64,000 bases of DNA from an uncultured Ruficoccus sp. (GTDB taxonomy: Bacteria > Verrucomicrobiota > Verrucomicrobiia > Opitutales > Cerasicoccaceae). Where the stretch lies: contig OZ223519.1 of assembly GCA_965140785.1 (NCBI GenBank), forward strand, positions 96,001 through 160,000, in the 5' to 3' direction. Numbering within the stretch: position 1 is the first letter of the stretch; each line of letters starts with the position of its first letter. Shown one piece after another: positions 60,116-64,000 of the stretch. A program made the position numbers and the translations under genes. The notes below the pieces were generated by a model that worked only from the letters and a program-made list of their open reading frames with translations, was not told where the DNA came from and made no database searches.

Positions 60116-60140
60116 CATCTCTTCTTTAACATTACTCACT

Positions 60141-61571
<1,431 letters not shown>

Positions 61572-61652
61572 GTGGGGATGGAAAGACAGTCGATTATGAC
61601 TTCTTTTCAGTGTTATGGTCGCATCCGAAATGAAACTCATTATCCGGAAAAA

Positions 61653-62111
61653 ATGAAAACGCTGATTCTTACCGTAATATTGTGTTCGATTGTGTCCATT
61701 GGCTCAGCGCAATACTGGGTCGAAGGAGAGAAACTCGAAACGTCGCATCCGATTGATCTGAAGTACGACGGGAAGCTGGACTTCATGGGGTCTAATGCGG
61801 AGATGGAAGAAAATATCGCCAGCGCTGAGGCCGATTGGAGGGCGTTGATGGAGAAGAAACTGGCGCTTCTGCTCGAATACCTTCCGCAAGAACGAAAAAA
61901 CAAGCTGATCAAGAGCCAAAAACTATGGCAAGAGGCTTGGGAAGCGGACCGGGATTTCTTTTTTAATGATGGTTCTGAGATAAGATATTTGGTGGGGCGC
62001 GAGGGAGAAATCTTATCTGAAATGGAGTTTATGCATCGGGTAAGGAAACGTGCTCTGGACTTGAGCGCTTACGTTAAGATTTTTATCCCAGAGGGAGTCT
62101 CCGGCCAATAG
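61653..62111 (+). CDS. Secreted LprI/DUF1311-like protein
   Basis: Signal peptide; LIKSQKLWQEAWEAD motif; AT-rich. Confidence 0.55.
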   Translation: MKTLILTVILCSIVSIGSAQYWVEGEKLETSHPIDLKYDGKLDFMGSNAEMEENIASAEADWRALMEKKLALLLEYLPQERKNKLIKSQKLWQEAWEADRDFFFNDGSEIRYLVGREGEILSEMEFMHRVRKRALDLSAYVKIFIPEGVSGQ

Positions 62112-62153
62112 AAACACGGTTCCCAGCTCAGCCACCAGCTTCTTCATGGTGCA

Positions 62154-62230
62154 ATGCGCAGCATCGAAAGTGCAGACTAGGCCGCTGGTCCAGCCGGACC
62201 TGCCGCGGGTCTGGGCTGCGTAGGTCCAGA
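62154..62230 (+). repeat. Structured intergenic repeat (family A), partial copy 3
   Basis: ATGCGCAGCATCGAAAGTGCAG...GCGGGTCTGGGCTGCGTAG matches copy 1. Confidence 0.7.
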
Positions 62231-62248
62231 TCTCCTCTCCTGGCTTAC

Positions 62249-63580
62249 TTACCCCTTGCGTGCTCGTTTTTTGCGGGCGGGGGTGAGGCGTTTGACGTAA
62301 ACCTTGGAGTTGCGGGCGTTGGCGAGGTAGTCGTCGCGGCGGGCCTTGGGCAGGTCGGCGTCGGTGCCCTCGGCGAACCCGGCCACGTCGCGGAAGAAAT
62401 TCCCCGCCTGCGTGCTCAGGGCGACGACTTGGGCGGCCTTCATGCGGCGGGCTTCCAGGCTGGCGAACTCGACCAGTTTCTGGCCCACGCCCCGGCCCTG
62501 GTAAAAGGGCTGCACGAGTACCGCGCCCAGCTCGACCGTCTTGGCGTCGAGCGGGGTCAGGCTGAAGCAGCCCACGATGCTCTCGTCGATTTCGTACACG
62601 TAAAAGTGCCCGATGGCGGCCTCGATGGACTGGCGGGTGCGGGTGCGCAGGGTTTCGCTTTTAGAGGCGTTACGCGTGATGGAGAAAATGCTCGGGACGT
62701 CCTTTTTCCGGGCCGGACGGATCTGCTGGTAGTCGTTGGCGTGGATCATCGTGCCCAGCCCGACCTTGTCGAAAATCTCCGTCAGCAGCCCGCCGAAGAT
62801 GCGCCCGTCGAGGATGTGGGCGCGCGGCGTGCCCGCCTCCAGCGTGCGCGCGGCGTAGGAAGCCTTGGAGAGCAGACGCTCGTCGAGGCTTTTTTTGTGC
62901 TTGGTGATGAGGGCCTGGAGCTCGTCCAGGGGGATATTCATCAGGGGTGAGCCCTCGACCACGAGGCCGGGGAAGGGCGTCAGGTAAATCAGTTTGGAGG
63001 CTTTTAGGCGGATGGCCAGTTCGCTGGCCAGTTGGTCGGAGTTGAGCCGGTAGGGCTGCCCGTCGCGGTCGCAGGCCAGGGGCGAGAAGACCGGGACGAC
63101 CCCCTCGGCCAGCAGGAGCCGGACGAGTCGTTCGTCGAGCTTGTCGATCTTGCCGGTGAAGCCCAGGTCCTTGCCCTTGAGCACGCCCGCCTCGGTGGCG
63201 CGGACGGCGTTGGTTACGACATAGCGCAATCCGTTCTGGGTGAGGGCGCGGGTGAGGGTGTCGAGCGCCTCGGAGCAGGCGGCGGTGGCCATCTCCAGGG
63301 TGGGCTCGTCGGTCGGGCCGCTGCCGTGGGCATCGCTGATGGCGATGCCGCTGTCCTCGGACAGGCGCTTGATCTGCCGCCCGATGCCGTGCACGAGCAC
63401 GATGTCGATGTTCAGGCTGCGCAGGACCGCGATGTCCGTCATCACGTTGGCGAAGTTCTCGTCGTCGATGATGGAGCCGTCCAGCGCGATGACGAAAACG
63501 TGATCGCGGAACTGCGGCACGTATTCGAGAATGCCGCGCAGGTCGGTCGGCTTGAGCGTGGTCTTCGTGTCCGCAGGCAT
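62249..63580 (-). CDS. argA: Amino-acid N-acetyltransferase (N-acetylglutamate synthase)
   Basis: Kinase-like domain (VLVHG, LLTEIF..GLGTMI) plus GNAT domain (QGRGVG). Confidence 0.9.
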   Translation of the reverse strand: MPADTKTTLKPTDLRGILEYVPQFRDHVFVIALDGSIIDDENFANVMTDIAVLRSLNIDIVLVHGIGRQIKRLSEDSGIAISDAHGSGPTDEPTLEMATAACSEALDTLTRALTQNGLRYVVTNAVRATEAGVLKGKDLGFTGKIDKLDERLVRLLLAEGVVPVFSPLACDRDGQPYRLNSDQLASELAIRLKASKLIYLTPFPGLVVEGSPLMNIPLDELQALITKHKKSLDERLLSKASYAARTLEAGTPRAHILDGRIFGGLLTEIFDKVGLGTMIHANDYQQIRPARKKDVPSIFSITRNASKSETLRTRTRQSIEAAIGHFYVYEIDESIVGCFSLTPLDAKTVELGAVLVQPFYQGRGVGQKLVEFASLEARRMKAAQVVALSTQAGNFFRDVAGFAEGTDADLPKARRDDYLANARNSKVYVKRLTPARKKRARKG

Positions 63581-63638
63581 GTTCGTTCTTTTCTAACTGC
63601 TTGAGTCCCCGGGGGTAAATCCTAAAAAGCAAAGGTCG

Positions 63639-63845
63639 CTACGGCTGGGGTGGCTTTTGCTGCTGATGGCGCTGCAGCGTTACCTGCATGTCGATCAGTC
63701 CGTGGAGCTTTTGGATGTTCTTGTCCATGCGATCCACTGATTGCGCGATACGGTACACATAATAAGGCATGAGGATGGTGAGAACCACGAGGATGAAGCC
63801 GATGATGGCCAGCAGCAGGATGGGGATGAGGGATAAGCTTTCCAT
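63639..63845 (-). CDS. Small membrane protein
   Basis: TM helix and short coiled coil. Confidence 0.5.
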   Translation of the reverse strand: MESLSLIPILLLAIIGFILVVLTILMPYYVYRIAQSVDRMDKNIQKLHGLIDMQVTLQRHQQQKPPQP

Positions 63846-64000
63846 GCCTGGATTTTATCTTTTGTCGGTGTTTTTAATCAAGTCCGTACACGATTGCCTC
63901 GCTGAGGCATACGCCGATTGTCGTTGCGGCCACTATCGGGGCCTCTTTTAATACCCGCCTCATGCCGTCCGACTCCCCTGTGCCCTCGCCGAGCGACCCC

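Noticed and set aside
61605..62115. LprI-like gene as an integron cassette
   Set aside because: The flanks (GTTATGG, GGCCAAT) do not fit GTTRRRY/RYYYAAC and no attC stem is visible

Overview
Bacterial chromosomal window. PEP-CTERM, H-X9-DG pilin-like and SHD1 proteins suggest Verrucomicrobiota, probably Opitutae-like; this is inference. Positions 1-16.2 kb form an accessory island lying 3' of a tRNA-His gene. It holds an FAD oxidoreductase, an IS-truncated GH5-like hydrolase, three copies of one IS3-family element (one intact, two decayed), an HNH fragment and a LacI/PEP-CTERM/CBM/pilin-like/GH10/lyase sugar-use locus. Positions 16.3-64 kb are GC-rich core genome: nrdDG, lexA, panB, gpsA, a SET-domain protein, a methylmalonyl-CoA (propionate) cluster with Na+-pump subunits, rpmA/rplU, dapF, a family-B DNA polymerase, rnr, ppaC, glyA, rpiB, purD, mpl and argA. 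The most unusual signal is non-coding. Aligned against the intact IS copy, the decayed copy carries six short non-IS inserts built from 20-31 nt modules, mostly 5'-TGTC...GGTA-3' and often hairpin- or GCGNAGC-like. One 42-nt insert is identical in two copies. The intergenic regions carry several other structured repeat families, including one with a fixed-length 46-nt perfect hairpin next to a possible transposase-less IS110-like remnant. All family calls come from motif recognition by eye; no searches were run.
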